A stretch of 64,000 nt of DNA from an uncultured bacterium (GCA_903945435.1 CAJAVM010000001.1:9071-73070), one strand, 5' to 3'; counted from the stretch's first letter, positions 9,888 to 19,954 are shown. Made by a program: numbers and translations. Notes: generated by a model from the letters alone, not told the origin.

Positions 9888-10676
9888 TTAATAATTGATA
9901 AAAGTGTTGGTCTTAGACCGTATTTGAAAACCAGCTTTTTGATACATAGAAACAGCCATTTCCGAGCCAACCAAGCAGGCCTCATTATAACCCAATCTTT
10001 GCGCTTCTTGAAGTAAAACTTGCATCATTAAACTAGCATATCCACAACCACGAGCTGATTTAGCGGTTCCAATATTTTCAATAGAAAAGTTATCAAACGC
10101 GTAATATCCACCCGTAGAAACAGGGGTATCATTTTCGTAAATAACAAAAAATTTCAAATGCTGACTATCATTTCCTAAAACTAGCTTATCTAAAAAACCG
10201 AATTTACGATTATAATCAACTACCTGGTAGTTGAAAGCTTCAGCAAAAATTTTCTTAAAATGTTCTAAACTTTCAGATGTATCTACTGAGACTACTTTAA
10301 CATTATCAGGAAGGACATAATTAAAAATTTTATTTTTTAAACCTTGATTTATCATAACATAACCCGCATCTTTCAACTTAAATCCGTTAGCCGGCAGAAT
10401 ATCTTTGCAAACATGAGTAGCGGGAGCTTTAATACGAAAATCTGCTTCGCCAAAAAACTTTTTAATTGTTACTAAATCAGCCGCACTAAAAGAATCTCCC
10501 AACACATGAACATAATTATAAAGACTATCAATATAGGGGTCAGTCTTAATCAAAAAAAGATTGTCCAAATTTTTTTGAACAAGGTTAATGCCTACCTTAT
10601 TTTTTACGTAATCCAATAATTGATAAACCGTATAACGGGAGGGGTCAGTAGCGAATAAAGTCTTATTTATTTCCAT
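9888..10676 (-). CDS. GNAT family N-acetyltransferase
   Basis: C-terminal IGT...ARG.GYAS...MY.K.GF acetyl-CoA motif. Confidence 0.85.
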   Translation of the reverse strand: MEINKTLFATDPSRYTVYQLLDYVKNKVGINLVQKNLDNLFLIKTDPYIDSLYNYVHVLGDSFSAADLVTIKKFFGEADFRIKAPATHVCKDILPANGFKLKDAGYVMINQGLKNKIFNYVLPDNVKVVSVDTSESLEHFKKIFAEAFNYQVVDYNRKFGFLDKLVLGNDSQHLKFFVIYENDTPVSTGGYYAFDNFSIENIGTAKSARGCGYASLMMQVLLQEAQRLGYNEACLVGSEMAVSMYQKAGFQIRSKTNTFINY

Positions 10677-10691
10677 ATTATGTATTTTCAG

Positions 10692-11096
10692 CTATTTTCT
10701 AATTCTCATTCCGGTTTTAAATAGTTCAAAACCAAATTTATTATAGAATGGTATTAACAAAGCTTTATTTTCTGGGTCAGCGAATAAACTAATTGAGCTA
10801 AACTTCTTATCTTTGGTAAAAGCTAACAAATTATTCATTATCATTTTTCCTATTCCCTTACCTTGATAATCTTTATGGACAACAATATCATAAAACATAC
10901 ACATAACCCCATCTTCAACGATTCTACCCATACCAACGAGTTTATCTTCATCGAATACACTATAAACAAAAGACGACTTATCTAAAATTTCACGCCATTT
11001 TTCTTCTCCTCGTTTAGTACACCAGCCCACAGAAAATCTAAGAGCATTTATTTGCTCCCAGTTTATATCCTTATTTGTTGATTCTGTTAATTTCAT
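10692..11096 (-). CDS. GNAT family N-acetyltransferase
   Basis: LVGMGR, DIVVHKDYQGKGIG, FY.KFGF; start at ATG 11096 (alternative 11102). Confidence 0.9.
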   Translation of the reverse strand: MKLTESTNKDINWEQINALRFSVGWCTKRGEEKWREILDKSSFVYSVFDEDKLVGMGRIVEDGVMCMFYDIVVHKDYQGKGIGKMIMNNLLAFTKDKKFSSISLFADPENKALLIPFYNKFGFELFKTGMRIRK

Positions 11097-11142
11097 ATAC
11101 AAAAATTATAACATGTCGCTCCAAAATGATGAACTCCTACAA

Positions 11143-11168
11143 AAAATAGCCCTAAATAGGGCTATTTT
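11143..11168 (-). terminator. Intrinsic terminator after tRNA-Ser(GCT)
   Basis: AAAATAGCCC-taaata-GGGCTATTTT. Confidence 0.75.
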
Positions 11169-11175
11169 CAATCTG

Positions 11176-11265
11176 CGGAGAGGCGGGGATTCGAACCCCG
11201 GATAGGAGTTAGACTCCTATAACAGGTTAGCAACCTGCCGCTTTCGACCGCTCAGCCACCTCTCC
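11176..11265 (-). tRNA. tRNA-Ser(GCT), CCA not encoded
   Basis: Reverse complement GGAGAGG...GCAGG-TTGCTAA-CCTGT, long variable arm, GGTTCGAATCC, CCTCTCC-G. Confidence 0.95.
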
Positions 11266-11329
11266 AATTTTTTTTATTTTTATGGTATAATCACTATATA
11301 AAATATCAAAACCATTGTCAAACAAAAAT

Positions 11330-11848
11330 ATGCCGGAAAACAACTTAAAATCATTAAAATGGCAAGTTCCTGAGTATCATGCTCCGGAAAGAAGTCGTTC
11401 TTGGTATATTATCGCTTTCATCTTTATCGCTATATCATTATTCTTTTGTTTCTTTTCCATTAACTCTTGGAAATTAGAATTCTTAGGATATAATTCAAAT
11501 TTCCTATTTGCATTAATAATGATAATGGCAGCTATCTTAACTATCTTTAACGAGAGCCGCCCGCCAATGGTCGTCGATGTTGATCTTGGTCCCGAGGGAA
11601 TTAAAATTGGTTCTAAATTTATTGATTATGATGAGATAAAACATTTTGCAGTATTATATAAACCAAAACAAAGTGTAAAAAGCATGTACCTAGAATTCAA
11701 AAATTCTATTCGTCCTCGTCTAGCTATTCCTTTAAGACGTATGGACGCCCTTACAGTACGTAACTATTTAGTTAGATATTTAGACGAAGACTTAGAAAGA
11801 ACCGACCCACCATTATCCGAACAGTTGACGAAACTGCTAAAACTATAA
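11330..11848 (+). CDS. Conserved hypothetical membrane protein (2 TM helices plus a soluble domain)
   Basis: W..PEY...ERS..WY then two TM helices; ATG at 11330 preceded by a TGGTATAAT element. Confidence 0.8.
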   Translation: MPENNLKSLKWQVPEYHAPERSRSWYIIAFIFIAISLFFCFFSINSWKLEFLGYNSNFLFALIMIMAAILTIFNESRPPMVVDVDLGPEGIKIGSKFIDYDEIKHFAVLYKPKQSVKSMYLEFKNSIRPRLAIPLRRMDALTVRNYLVRYLDEDLERTDPPLSEQLTKLLKL

Positions 11849-11868
11849 TAAGATAGGAACAGTTTTTA

Positions 11869-11943
11869 GCATCCATCGTTCAACGGATAGGACGCCAGCT
11901 TGCGGAGCTTGAAATCCAGGTTCGATTCCTGGTGGATGCACCA
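11869..11943 (+). tRNA. tRNA-Arg(GCG)
   Basis: GCATCCA...CCAGC-TTGCGGA-GCTTG...CCAGG-TTCGATT-CCTGG-TGGATGC-A-CCA. Confidence 0.93.
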
Positions 11944-11959
11944 ACACAAATTAATTATA

Positions 11960-13996
11960 ATGATTAATTTAGACTCAAAAATCACTGACATTTCCCGAGT
12001 GGGAAAAGTCGGCGCAAAACTTTTAAAAAAGCTCGGTCTGGAGAATATCCAAGACCTGCTTTTTTATTTGCCATTTCGCTATGATGATTTTAGTTCACTT
12101 TCAAAAATAGCCGACTTAAATGCTGGCCAAACAGTAAATATCCGTGGCGAAGTACAACTGATTCAAAACAAACGAAGCTTCAAAAGGCGCTTAAATATTA
12201 CCGAGGCTTTAATTAGCGATGAGAGCGATTCTATAAAAGTGATTTGGTTTAACCAGCCATTTATAGCAAAAAATATTAAAGTTGGTGATTTAGTTTCTCT
12301 AGCAGGGCGCGTTTCAGAAAGCCAAGGTCAACTAACCATGAATTCTCCTCAATACGAAAAAGTTTATTCTAATGAATTAATTCATACTCAGGGTTTAATT
12401 GCTAATTATCATTTAACTGAGGGACTCTCTCAAAAACAACTAAGATATTTTATACGACAAGTTATTCAACTCTCAGACATAGTTGAAGAATGGTTACCGA
12501 CTAATATCATAAAAAGGTTTGAGTTGCTTAATCTAAAAGATGCTTTAAAAAAAATCCATTTCCCTAAAAATTTAACAGACGCTGAAACTGCGAGACAACG
12601 TTTAGCTTTTTCAGAATTATTTTTGCGCCAATTAAAATCGCAAATGATAAAAAAAGAATTAAGTTCACAGAAAGCGATAACTATTAAATTTCAAGAACAA
12701 GCCACGCGTGAATTTGTTTCTAATCTTCCCTTTCAGCTAACTGATGATCAGAAAAAAACTGCCTGGGAAATACTTAAAGATATAGAAAAACCGCGACCAA
12801 TGAGTCGACTCATTGAGGGTGATGTTGGAAGCGGAAAAACTATTGTCGCAATCATGGCCATGTTAAATGTTGCCTTAAATAAAAAGCGCTCCGCACTCAT
12901 GGCGCCAACAGAGATTCTAGCCGAACAACATTTTAGGTCCTTAAATCAATTATTTAAAGGCTTAAATATAAGTGTAGAGCTAATGACTGGCTCTAAAAGA
13001 AATAAAGATGCCGGTAAGTCGGATATTATAGTTGGGACTCATGCGCTTATTCAAAAAGGAGCTGACTTTAAAGATTTAGCCTTAGCTATTGTTGATGAAC
13101 AACATCGTTTTGGTGTAAACCAACGTCAAAAAATTCTTGATTTCAATAAACAAGATAATGTTGTCCCACATTTTTTATCTCTTACGGCGACTCCTATACC
13201 CCGCTCTTTAGCCCTTGCTATATATGGCGATTTAGATCTTTCGATTATTAAAGAAATGCCTAAAGGCCGTAAAAAAATTATTACCAAATTAGTAAAAGAA
13301 GGTGAAAGGAAAAAAGCTTATAATTTTATCAGACAACAAATAAAATTAGGTCGCCAAGCTTTTGTAATTTGTCCATTAATTGAAGACTCCGACCAATTAG
13401 AAACAAAATCCGTAAAAGCGGAATACGAAAAATTAACAACAGATATATTTTCTGATTTAAACATCGGCCTATTACACGGTAAAATGAAGTCGATCGATAA
13501 GGAGGCGGTCATGAAAGATTTTTTAGAAAAGAAAATTGATATTTTGGTTTCAACTTCCGTTATTGAAGTCGGGGTTGATATTAAAAATGCGAGCGTGATG
13601 CTAATTGAGGGAGCGGAACGTTTTGGCCTTGCACAACTTCATCAATTTAGAGGCCGCGTTGGCCGTAGTGAGCATCAATCTTATTGTTTACTATTTACTT
13701 CCAAGGAAGAAATCACAAACGAAAAAACTATTGATAGATTAAAGGCGATGGAAAAATATAGCGACGGCTTTATGCTTGCAAAAATTGATTTGAAATTACG
13801 CGGGGCGGGAGAAATTTATGGTGATACTCAAAGTGGTTTTCCGGAGTTACAAATCGCTTCGCTATTTGATTATGAACTTATAAAAAAATCCGCTGATGAG
13901 GCTGCGGAAATAATTAAAGCAGACCCAAATTTAAAAGCACATCCTCTCTTAAAAATAAAATTGGGCGAATGGGAAAAACTAATTCATTTAGAATAA
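11960..13996 (+). CDS. recG: ATP-dependent DNA helicase RecG
   Basis: GDVGSGKT, DEQHRFGV, TATPIPRSL, QLHQFRGRVGR and wedge domain; start moved to ATG 11960, after the tRNA. Confidence 0.97.
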   Translation: MINLDSKITDISRVGKVGAKLLKKLGLENIQDLLFYLPFRYDDFSSLSKIADLNAGQTVNIRGEVQLIQNKRSFKRRLNITEALISDESDSIKVIWFNQPFIAKNIKVGDLVSLAGRVSESQGQLTMNSPQYEKVYSNELIHTQGLIANYHLTEGLSQKQLRYFIRQVIQLSDIVEEWLPTNIIKRFELLNLKDALKKIHFPKNLTDAETARQRLAFSELFLRQLKSQMIKKELSSQKAITIKFQEQATREFVSNLPFQLTDDQKKTAWEILKDIEKPRPMSRLIEGDVGSGKTIVAIMAMLNVALNKKRSALMAPTEILAEQHFRSLNQLFKGLNISVELMTGSKRNKDAGKSDIIVGTHALIQKGADFKDLALAIVDEQHRFGVNQRQKILDFNKQDNVVPHFLSLTATPIPRSLALAIYGDLDLSIIKEMPKGRKKIITKLVKEGERKKAYNFIRQQIKLGRQAFVICPLIEDSDQLETKSVKAEYEKLTTDIFSDLNIGLLHGKMKSIDKEAVMKDFLEKKIDILVSTSVIEVGVDIKNASVMLIEGAERFGLAQLHQFRGRVGRSEHQSYCLLFTSKEEITNEKTIDRLKAMEKYSDGFMLAKIDLKLRGAGEIYGDTQSGFPELQIASLFDYELIKKSADEAAEIIKADPNLKAHPLLKIKLGEWEKLIHLE

Positions 13997-14026
13997 CCAC
14001 GAGTCTTAACTATAAATTTAGACAAG

Positions 14027-14059
14027 AAAAAAAGCATCTTTTTGAAGGATGCTTTTTTT
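14027..14059. terminator. Bidirectional intrinsic terminator
   Basis: AAAAAAAGCATCTT-tttg-AAGGATGCTTTTTTT. Confidence 0.8.
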
Positions 14060-14060
14060 A

Positions 14061-14105
14061 AGACTTTGGTAGCCTTAGGATGTGTGAGACTTTTGTAGCC
14101 TCAGG
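14061..14105. repeat. Imperfect 19-bp direct repeat (2 copies)
   Basis: AGACTTTGGTAGCCTTAGG (14061-14079) and AGACTTTTGTAGCCTCAGG (14087-14105), 17/19 identical. Confidence 0.6.
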
Positions 14106-14388
14106 CTGTTTTTGTTTTTTTGGTAAATAGATTACCAATTTCTTTTTGCCAGGCAGAAAGAACTAAAAGGATTAACAATGTGATTGCGGCGATTCCAGAC
14201 ACACATCCGGCATCGGGGTTAGCCTTGAGAATGTCACGGAACCAAGGAAGAAAGTCTCCTGTACCACGGCCTTCAAAAGCATAAAATATTAATGACCCGA
14301 CATAATACACCCATAACACAAAGTTAATAACGACAAAGGCGGCAGCGATAATTCCAACGCTAGCGGCAATAAGTTTTAAAGTCTTCAT
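14101..14388 (-). CDS. Small hypothetical membrane protein
   Basis: 95 aa with two hydrophobic segments; consensus promoter upstream. Confidence 0.7.
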   Translation of the reverse strand: MKTLKLIAASVGIIAAAFVVINFVLWVYYVGSLIFYAFEGRGTGDFLPWFRDILKANPDAGCVSGIAAITLLILLVLSAWQKEIGNLFTKKTKTA

Positions 14389-14438
14389 AATCAGCGATTT
14401 TTATTGTTATACAATGTTAATTTAAATGAACTAAAAGA

Positions 14439-14467
14439 ATTATAGCATATTATCTAGCTATTGTCAA
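14439..14467 (-). promoter_or_regulatory. Sigma70 promoter for 14388
   Basis: TTGACA-N17-TATAAT with extended TG on the minus strand. Confidence 0.8.
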
Positions 14468-14521
14468 TACTTAAGAAATGTGTTGTTTCCTTGCCTATAT
14501 ATTAGCCATTTTCGAAGATAC

Positions 14522-14550
14522 TTGACAATAAGCTACTTATATACTATAAT
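14522..14550 (+). promoter_or_regulatory. Sigma70 promoter for 14599
   Basis: TTGACA-N17-TATAAT. Confidence 0.8.
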
Positions 14551-14598
14551 GTTTCTATCATAAATAGTCCTTTTTATTAACAAACAAAATTTCGCGTA

Positions 14599-14817
14599 AT
14601 GACTAAACAAAAAGTTATCAGAGCGATTTGCGCTCGGGAAAGTGGTTCGATTCAGAACCCAAGGGTTGAAGAAAAAAGAGTTATCGTTGATTTTATCGGC
14701 GAAACCAACAAAGAGCCCAAACCGGTTCTGTTTACAAACTTGAGATTCCCAAATCACAAGTTCCAAGCGGCCGCGGAAAAGCTGAAAGATTCCGTATTGG
14801 AACCAAGCCCAGCGTAA
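14599..14817 (+). CDS. Small hypothetical protein (72 aa)
   Basis: Bracketed by a consensus promoter and a terminator. Confidence 0.65.
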   Translation: MTKQKVIRAICARESGSIQNPRVEEKRVIVDFIGETNKEPKPVLFTNLRFPNHKFQAAAEKLKDSVLEPSPA

Positions 14818-14839
14818 AACGCAAAACAACACAAAACAC

Positions 14840-14875
14840 AAAAAACGAGCCAGATTCCTTCAGCTCGTTTTTTTC
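14840..14875. terminator. Bidirectional intrinsic terminator
   Basis: AAAAAACGAGC...GCTCGTTTTTTT. Confidence 0.75.
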
Positions 14876-14902
14876 TTGATTCAATAATTATCTAAATAAT
14901 TT

Positions 14903-16252
14903 TTATTTTATAAACTCAACTAAATCATTTAAATTTTTAATCTTGGTAATTTCTAACTTTCCAGATTTAACTTCAGTATTCGGGATAAGGGCGGCTTTAA
15001 ATCCTAAACGTTCAGCTTCTTTCAATCTTTCCTCTAATCTAAAAATATTTCTTACTTCCCCGCCTAAACCAACCTCTCCTAAAACTATGGTATCACGTTT
15101 AAATGTTTTATTTAAATGTGAAGAAATAATTGCTGCTACCGCCGCTAAATCAAGCGCCGGGTCAGAAATTTTTAATCCACCAACAACATTTAAAATTATA
15201 TCCTGAGCTAATAAGTTAATATTTGTACGCTTAGAAATAACCGTGCTTAAAACCTGTAATCTATTCAAATCAAATCCGCTCGCTTTTCTTTGCGGATAAC
15301 CGAAGACTGTTTTAGAAGCTAGTGCTTGGAGGTCTATCATAAATGGTCTAGTTCCTTCAATTACACAACCAAGAACCGACCCCGAAATATCACCAGCACC
15401 AGTTTCAATAAAAACCGCGCCTGGATTTTTTACTTCCTTAAACCCGAGACTCGTCATCTCTAAAACTCCAAGTTCATTAACCGAACCAAAACGATTTTTA
15501 GTAGAGCGGAGTAAAGAATAATTATGACTTGTTTCTGATTCTAAAGATAAAACAGTATCAACAATATGTTCTAAAGATTTAGGACCAGCAATCTGACCAT
15601 CTTTAGTAATATGACCAATCATTAAAACAACAATATCATTTTCTTTTGCTAACTCTAGAAACTTAACTGCCGTTGCTCTAATCTGGCTAATACCGCCAGC
15701 CTCAGAAATTACCTGACTTGAATATACTGTTTGAATAGAATCAACAATTAAAATATCAGGCCTTAAAGATTTAGCCGCTGATACAATCTTTTCAACATTC
15801 GTTTCTGAGATAAATTTTAAATTATCTAAATTACAATTTAATCTATCTAAACGGCTTTTAACTTGAGCCGCCGACTCTTCACCGCTAGCATAAATAACCG
15901 ACAAATTACTATCTTTAGAGCCAGCAATTTGAGCGACTAAAGTTGATTTACCTATCCCTGGTTCTCCACTCAAAAGCACTAGCGAGCCCGGCACTAATCC
16001 CCCGCCTAAAACTCTATCTACCTCTTCTAAGCCTGTTTTAAGGCGTTTTAAAGCGCTGGATTTAATACTACGCAAATCTAGAACTTTAGCGACGCCTATT
16101 TTTTTCATCTCCTCCGCTTTTTCTTGATGAGAATCTAAAATCTGTTCATTCAAAGTTCCCCAAGACCCACATTCCAAACAGCGCCCACTCCATTTAGGAG
16201 ATTGGGCGTCGCAGTTGGAGCAAGTAAAAATTGTTTTTATAGAATTTGCCAT
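14903..16252 (-). CDS. radA: DNA repair protein RadA/Sms
   Basis: C4 zinc finger, GEPGIGKST, KNRFG, Lon-like C-terminal domain. Confidence 0.98.
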   Translation of the reverse strand: MANSIKTIFTCSNCDAQSPKWSGRCLECGSWGTLNEQILDSHQEKAEEMKKIGVAKVLDLRSIKSSALKRLKTGLEEVDRVLGGGLVPGSLVLLSGEPGIGKSTLVAQIAGSKDSNLSVIYASGEESAAQVKSRLDRLNCNLDNLKFISETNVEKIVSAAKSLRPDILIVDSIQTVYSSQVISEAGGISQIRATAVKFLELAKENDIVVLMIGHITKDGQIAGPKSLEHIVDTVLSLESETSHNYSLLRSTKNRFGSVNELGVLEMTSLGFKEVKNPGAVFIETGAGDISGSVLGCVIEGTRPFMIDLQALASKTVFGYPQRKASGFDLNRLQVLSTVISKRTNINLLAQDIILNVVGGLKISDPALDLAAVAAIISSHLNKTFKRDTIVLGEVGLGGEVRNIFRLEERLKEAERLGFKAALIPNTEVKSGKLEITKIKNLNDLVEFIK

Positions 16253-16260
16253 TATTTCAT

Positions 16261-16890
16261 TTATTTAACCCAGTATGCCTTATCAACTAGCCAATCACCA
16301 TTCACTTTCTGTAAAGAAATTTCAATATTTTGATTATAAGCCTTCCCCTCATTTGCTTGGCCAGTACTCTCTCGACGTTGGGTGGTTACAATAATTTTAG
16401 CAGTCCCGGCGACATCATCATATTCTGCGATCTTGCTTACAATTGCTTCAGTGATAATTCCATAATACTCATCCCCATCTTTAGCCTCCGCTCTAAGACC
16501 AGCAACATATTCATCGGCCCAAATCTTCATATCATCAGTCATGAAAAGATTTAAATCAGTAAAATTACTATAATCAGAATAATTTGAAAATGAACCTATG
16601 CGGCGAGCTATTAATTCAGCTAATTTAATTAAATCGGTCTGATTAGTTGTGTGAGCTTTTTCTTTGCTAGGATCATATAGCTGATAATTTCTATCTCTAT
16701 CTCCCGGCGTAGTAGTCGGAACCTCGTCCACGGATGGAGATGACTGAGCAGTTATCATTGGAGGGGTTTCAATTACTATTGGCTCTGGCGCTTTATTACC
16801 TACAAAAAAACTGAAATAGATAATGAGCCCAAGAATAATAAGACCTAACACAATCATGATTATTCCTAGCGACTTACGATTGGTTTGCAT
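16261..16890 (-). CDS. Single-TM secretion-associated protein (possible VirB8/NTF2-like fold)
   Basis: N-terminal TM, Pro/Thr linker, C-terminal ...LQKVNGDWLVD; directly downstream of the VirB4-like gene. Confidence 0.55.
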   Translation of the reverse strand: MQTNRKSLGIIMIVLGLIILGLIIYFSFFVGNKAPEPIVIETPPMITAQSSPSVDEVPTTTPGDRDRNYQLYDPSKEKAHTTNQTDLIKLAELIARRIGSFSNYSDYSNFTDLNLFMTDDMKIWADEYVAGLRAEAKDGDEYYGIITEAIVSKIAEYDDVAGTAKIIVTTQRRESTGQANEGKAYNQNIEISLQKVNGDWLVDKAYWVK

Positions 16891-16926
16891 ATGTTTAAAA
16901 ATTTATTAAATATCAAACTAGCTCAG

Positions 16927-18828
16927 TTATACTGAGCCTGATTCCTCTCTTTGACTATCATCAAATTCTTTTTTAGCTTCTTCAAGTTCTAATAACTGAC
17001 GTGGGTCAGAAGTAATCAGTTGGTCTTCAGTATATGAGGCAACTATTTTCATCGCTACGTGTTTATTTCCAGCAAAGAAGATTCCTTCTCCGATGCCGCA
17101 TTCTAATAATAAATATCTTTCACCCTCAGTTAAGATAAAGGTCTTCTGAACTAAATCTATCGCCGCTGGAGATTGTTTGAGTAATATCTGTAAAGAAGAA
17201 TTATTTACAATTGCTTGACCGTAAGGCGAGGTTAAAAAATCATTTACATCTTGAGTAATAGTCGTTACCCCGAGATAATATTTACGACAACGTTTAACAA
17301 GGGCAAAAATAAATTTAGCACTATCTTCATGTTGCATCATCCACCAGGCCTCATCAATAACTAAAATTCTTTTTTTCATTTCACTCCTTACAACATTCCA
17401 AATATAGTTAACAATGGTATAAATCGCAATCGGTCTAAGTTCATCTTCCAAATCACGCACAGAGAAGCAAACTAATTGATTATCCATCTCTACGTTAGTT
17501 GGTGAATTGAGTAAACCAGCAAAAGTTCCCTTAGTATATTTTCTTAACCTTAAAGCTAATTCTGCACCCCCTTCCATGCCGTCTAGAACTTGTTCTAAAT
17601 CAGACATGGTTGGCGGTTCTATTTTTGATAAATCAGAATCAGGAGTAATATCTTTTTTAGCGTATGATTCTAACAGGGCTCTATCAACAATTGAATCTTC
17701 ATCATAATTTAAAGTTCCCAACATTAAACGCACTAAACCTTTTAAAGTAATAACCGCGCTTCTGATAATATCTTTCGGTCTGGCTTCACCGCCAATTGAA
17801 CGAGGTAAATCAAAAGGATTAATTTTATTTTCACTAGATAAAGAAATATTAATATAAGTTCCTCCAACCGCTTCAGCTAAATGTTTATACTCGTATTCAG
17901 GATCAATAACGATAACATCTGTTCCTAACATTAAAGAACGTAAAATTTCTAATTTAATTGCATAACTTTTACCAGCACCAGAAGTCGCAAACACTACCGA
18001 ATTAGCATTCTGCAAAGAAAATCTATCAAATAAAATTAAACTATTGTTATGACGATTAATGCCATACAGAATTCCACGGTCACTAGTCAGCTCGCTAGAA
18101 ATGAACGGGAAAGACGACGCAACTGGTGAAGAATTCATGTTAAAAGCAATATACAATTCATCATTACCTAAAGGTAAGGTAGAATTAAACCCTTGTTCTG
18201 ATTGATAATAAACACGACGAGAATAAACTAAACGTGAACCGAAAATATCTTCAACTTGGTCAGAAACTCTATCTAAATCTTCCATATTCTCCGCATATAG
18301 AGTTACATATAGAGCAAATTGAAAAAACTTTTCTGTCCCCTGAGTAAGAGCATCGCGCAAATATTCAATATCACGCAAAGCTGTTTCTCGAAGCGGGTCA
18401 CGGGCTGCCCCCTTTTCTGCATCGGAAATAATTTGAGCCTCTAAAGTTCCTACTTTATTTTTTAATTGTTTTAAAATAATAGAACTAGAAATCGGATAAA
18501 AAAACATCGAAATATCGAAGGTCAGATTTAAATTAATAATCGGTGCAAACCAACCAATAGAAATATAACGCGGATAACTAATAACAAAAATGGTTCTTAA
18601 AAATTTATCTCCTAAATATAAATGATTAGGCTGAACTTTAAGACTAGCAGGAGAAATAATATCCTTCACCGATAAAACACCGCGACGGAAAGCCTTCTCT
18701 TCTTCAATAACTTCCCTAGTTAAAATCGGATCAGCTTCAATTTCCGGCCCAGCTTGCTGAGCATTAAAACTAACTGGGGTATTTAAAGTTATTTTATTTG
18801 GTTCTTCTCCTTTATTAAAATTTATCAT
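16927..18828 (-). CDS. VirB4/TraC-like type IV secretion ATPase
   Basis: YGIN, Walker A ATSGAGKS, VIDPE.EY, INPFD, Walker B IDEAW, RKY..G....TQ. Confidence 0.92.
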   Translation of the reverse strand: MINFNKGEEPNKITLNTPVSFNAQQAGPEIEADPILTREVIEEEKAFRRGVLSVKDIISPASLKVQPNHLYLGDKFLRTIFVISYPRYISIGWFAPIINLNLTFDISMFFYPISSSIILKQLKNKVGTLEAQIISDAEKGAARDPLRETALRDIEYLRDALTQGTEKFFQFALYVTLYAENMEDLDRVSDQVEDIFGSRLVYSRRVYYQSEQGFNSTLPLGNDELYIAFNMNSSPVASSFPFISSELTSDRGILYGINRHNNSLILFDRFSLQNANSVVFATSGAGKSYAIKLEILRSLMLGTDVIVIDPEYEYKHLAEAVGGTYINISLSSENKINPFDLPRSIGGEARPKDIIRSAVITLKGLVRLMLGTLNYDEDSIVDRALLESYAKKDITPDSDLSKIEPPTMSDLEQVLDGMEGGAELALRLRKYTKGTFAGLLNSPTNVEMDNQLVCFSVRDLEDELRPIAIYTIVNYIWNVVRSEMKKRILVIDEAWWMMQHEDSAKFIFALVKRCRKYYLGVTTITQDVNDFLTSPYGQAIVNNSSLQILLKQSPAAIDLVQKTFILTEGERYLLLECGIGEGIFFAGNKHVAMKIVASYTEDQLITSDPRQLLELEEAKKEFDDSQREESGSV

Positions 18829-18838
18829 ATAGACTTAT

Positions 18839-19516
18839 CTAGTCGCCAAATTTCATTTTATCTAATTCAACTAATTGTTGATTTTTAGCAGTTTCCGGAT
18901 TGTATGTTTTATAATATAACTCAATTAAACTTTGAGTATCTAGTCTAGCTACCGCTACGCCCATTGATTCTAAGCCGCCAATTGCGCTATCTAAACGACG
19001 GTCTAACATTTCCTGATAACGATTAAATGTTTTTTCTTTTAACTTAATTACTGTTGCCGGTCTAAGAGCCTCTTTAATTAAACTAAAAAATCCTTTGCGC
19101 TTATCGGTTAACGGATCATACGGAACAACAACTAAAAATCTTTTACTCATAATTCTCCCCAAGGAAGTGAGTTCTTTAATATACTCAATATAATCAGCGG
19201 TTTGAAGTTTCAGTAATTTATTTGTTTGGGCTTTTTCTTTTTCTTTTAGATAATTTAAATAATTATCAATATCTAATTCTCTTGACTGAACAACTATTTG
19301 TAAAGTAAAACTTAGATTATTTAAAAACCTAACGTAAGAACTAATAACTGCATTTTGCTCGTCTTCACTTTTTAAAGCAAAGTTAATACTGGAAACAAGT
19401 AAAACTGCTCGCAGAGTTCCGTCTTTCATGACGACCGTATTATCTTTAATCTCAGCAATATCTAAATATTCCTGGGTAGAAACGCCTATTTTGTTGCCTG
19501 CTAATTTATTAGCCAT
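18839..19516 (-). CDS. TraC-like/VirB4-associated protein
   Basis: TQ..LDIAEIKD..V..KDG...INFALKS.DEQ; sits between PrgI and VirB4. Confidence 0.7.
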   Translation of the reverse strand: MANKLAGNKIGVSTQEYLDIAEIKDNTVVMKDGTLRAVLLVSSINFALKSEDEQNAVISSYVRFLNNLSFTLQIVVQSRELDIDNYLNYLKEKEKAQTNKLLKLQTADYIEYIKELTSLGRIMSKRFLVVVPYDPLTDKRKGFFSLIKEALRPATVIKLKEKTFNRYQEMLDRRLDSAIGGLESMGVAVARLDTQSLIELYYKTYNPETAKNQQLVELDKMKFGD

Positions 19517-19525
19517 AAAAAAAAT

Positions 19526-19948
19526 TTATTCACCACGATATCGCCCTTTAGTATCAACAATTAGGGCAACTTCGGCTAAGCGAGATTTTTTATAATATTC
19601 TTTTGGTTCTGGTTTACGTTCAATTTTTGTAACAACATCAATATTTTTTTCTTTATTATTCATGATTGTATTATTATTCCAAACTCTTAACCTTGGTCTT
19701 CTTAAGGTTTGAGTTGCATTCAAAAGAAAAAAATGAAAAGGTCGACCGTTAACTTTTACGAATGCAAACAAAGTAGCAATAATAAAAACAATAATGGCAA
19801 TTGTCAAAAAAAGAGCAAAATCAAATAAGCGATAACTAATTCCGATTACTAAAGCGCTTCCTAAAAATATAACAAACTGACGAGTAGTAATCGGTCCAAT
19901 AATTTTACTTTCAATATCTATAAATTGTGGAACGGTAAATTGTTGCAT
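19526..19948 (-). CDS. PrgI family protein (VirB3-like)
   Basis: VPQFIDIE.KI.GP.T.RQF, 2 TM helices, K.NGRP. Confidence 0.88.
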   Translation of the reverse strand: MQQFTVPQFIDIESKIIGPITTRQFVIFLGSALVIGISYRLFDFALFLTIAIIVFIIATLFAFVKVNGRPFHFFLLNATQTLRRPRLRVWNNNTIMNNKEKNIDVVTKIERKPEPKEYYKKSRLAEVALIVDTKGRYRGE

Positions 19949-19954
19949 AATAAC

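Noticed and set aside
9878..9985. N-terminal extension of GlmS in the ORF track
   Set aside because: GlmS needs Cys at position 2 (MCGI), and the extension overlaps the upstream GNAT gene.
11900..11959. N-terminal extension of RecG in the ORF track
   Set aside because: It overlaps tRNA-Arg; the ATG at 11960 is the plausible start.
14061..14105. Mini CRISPR array
   Set aside because: Only two 19-bp copies with a 7-bp spacer and no cas genes.
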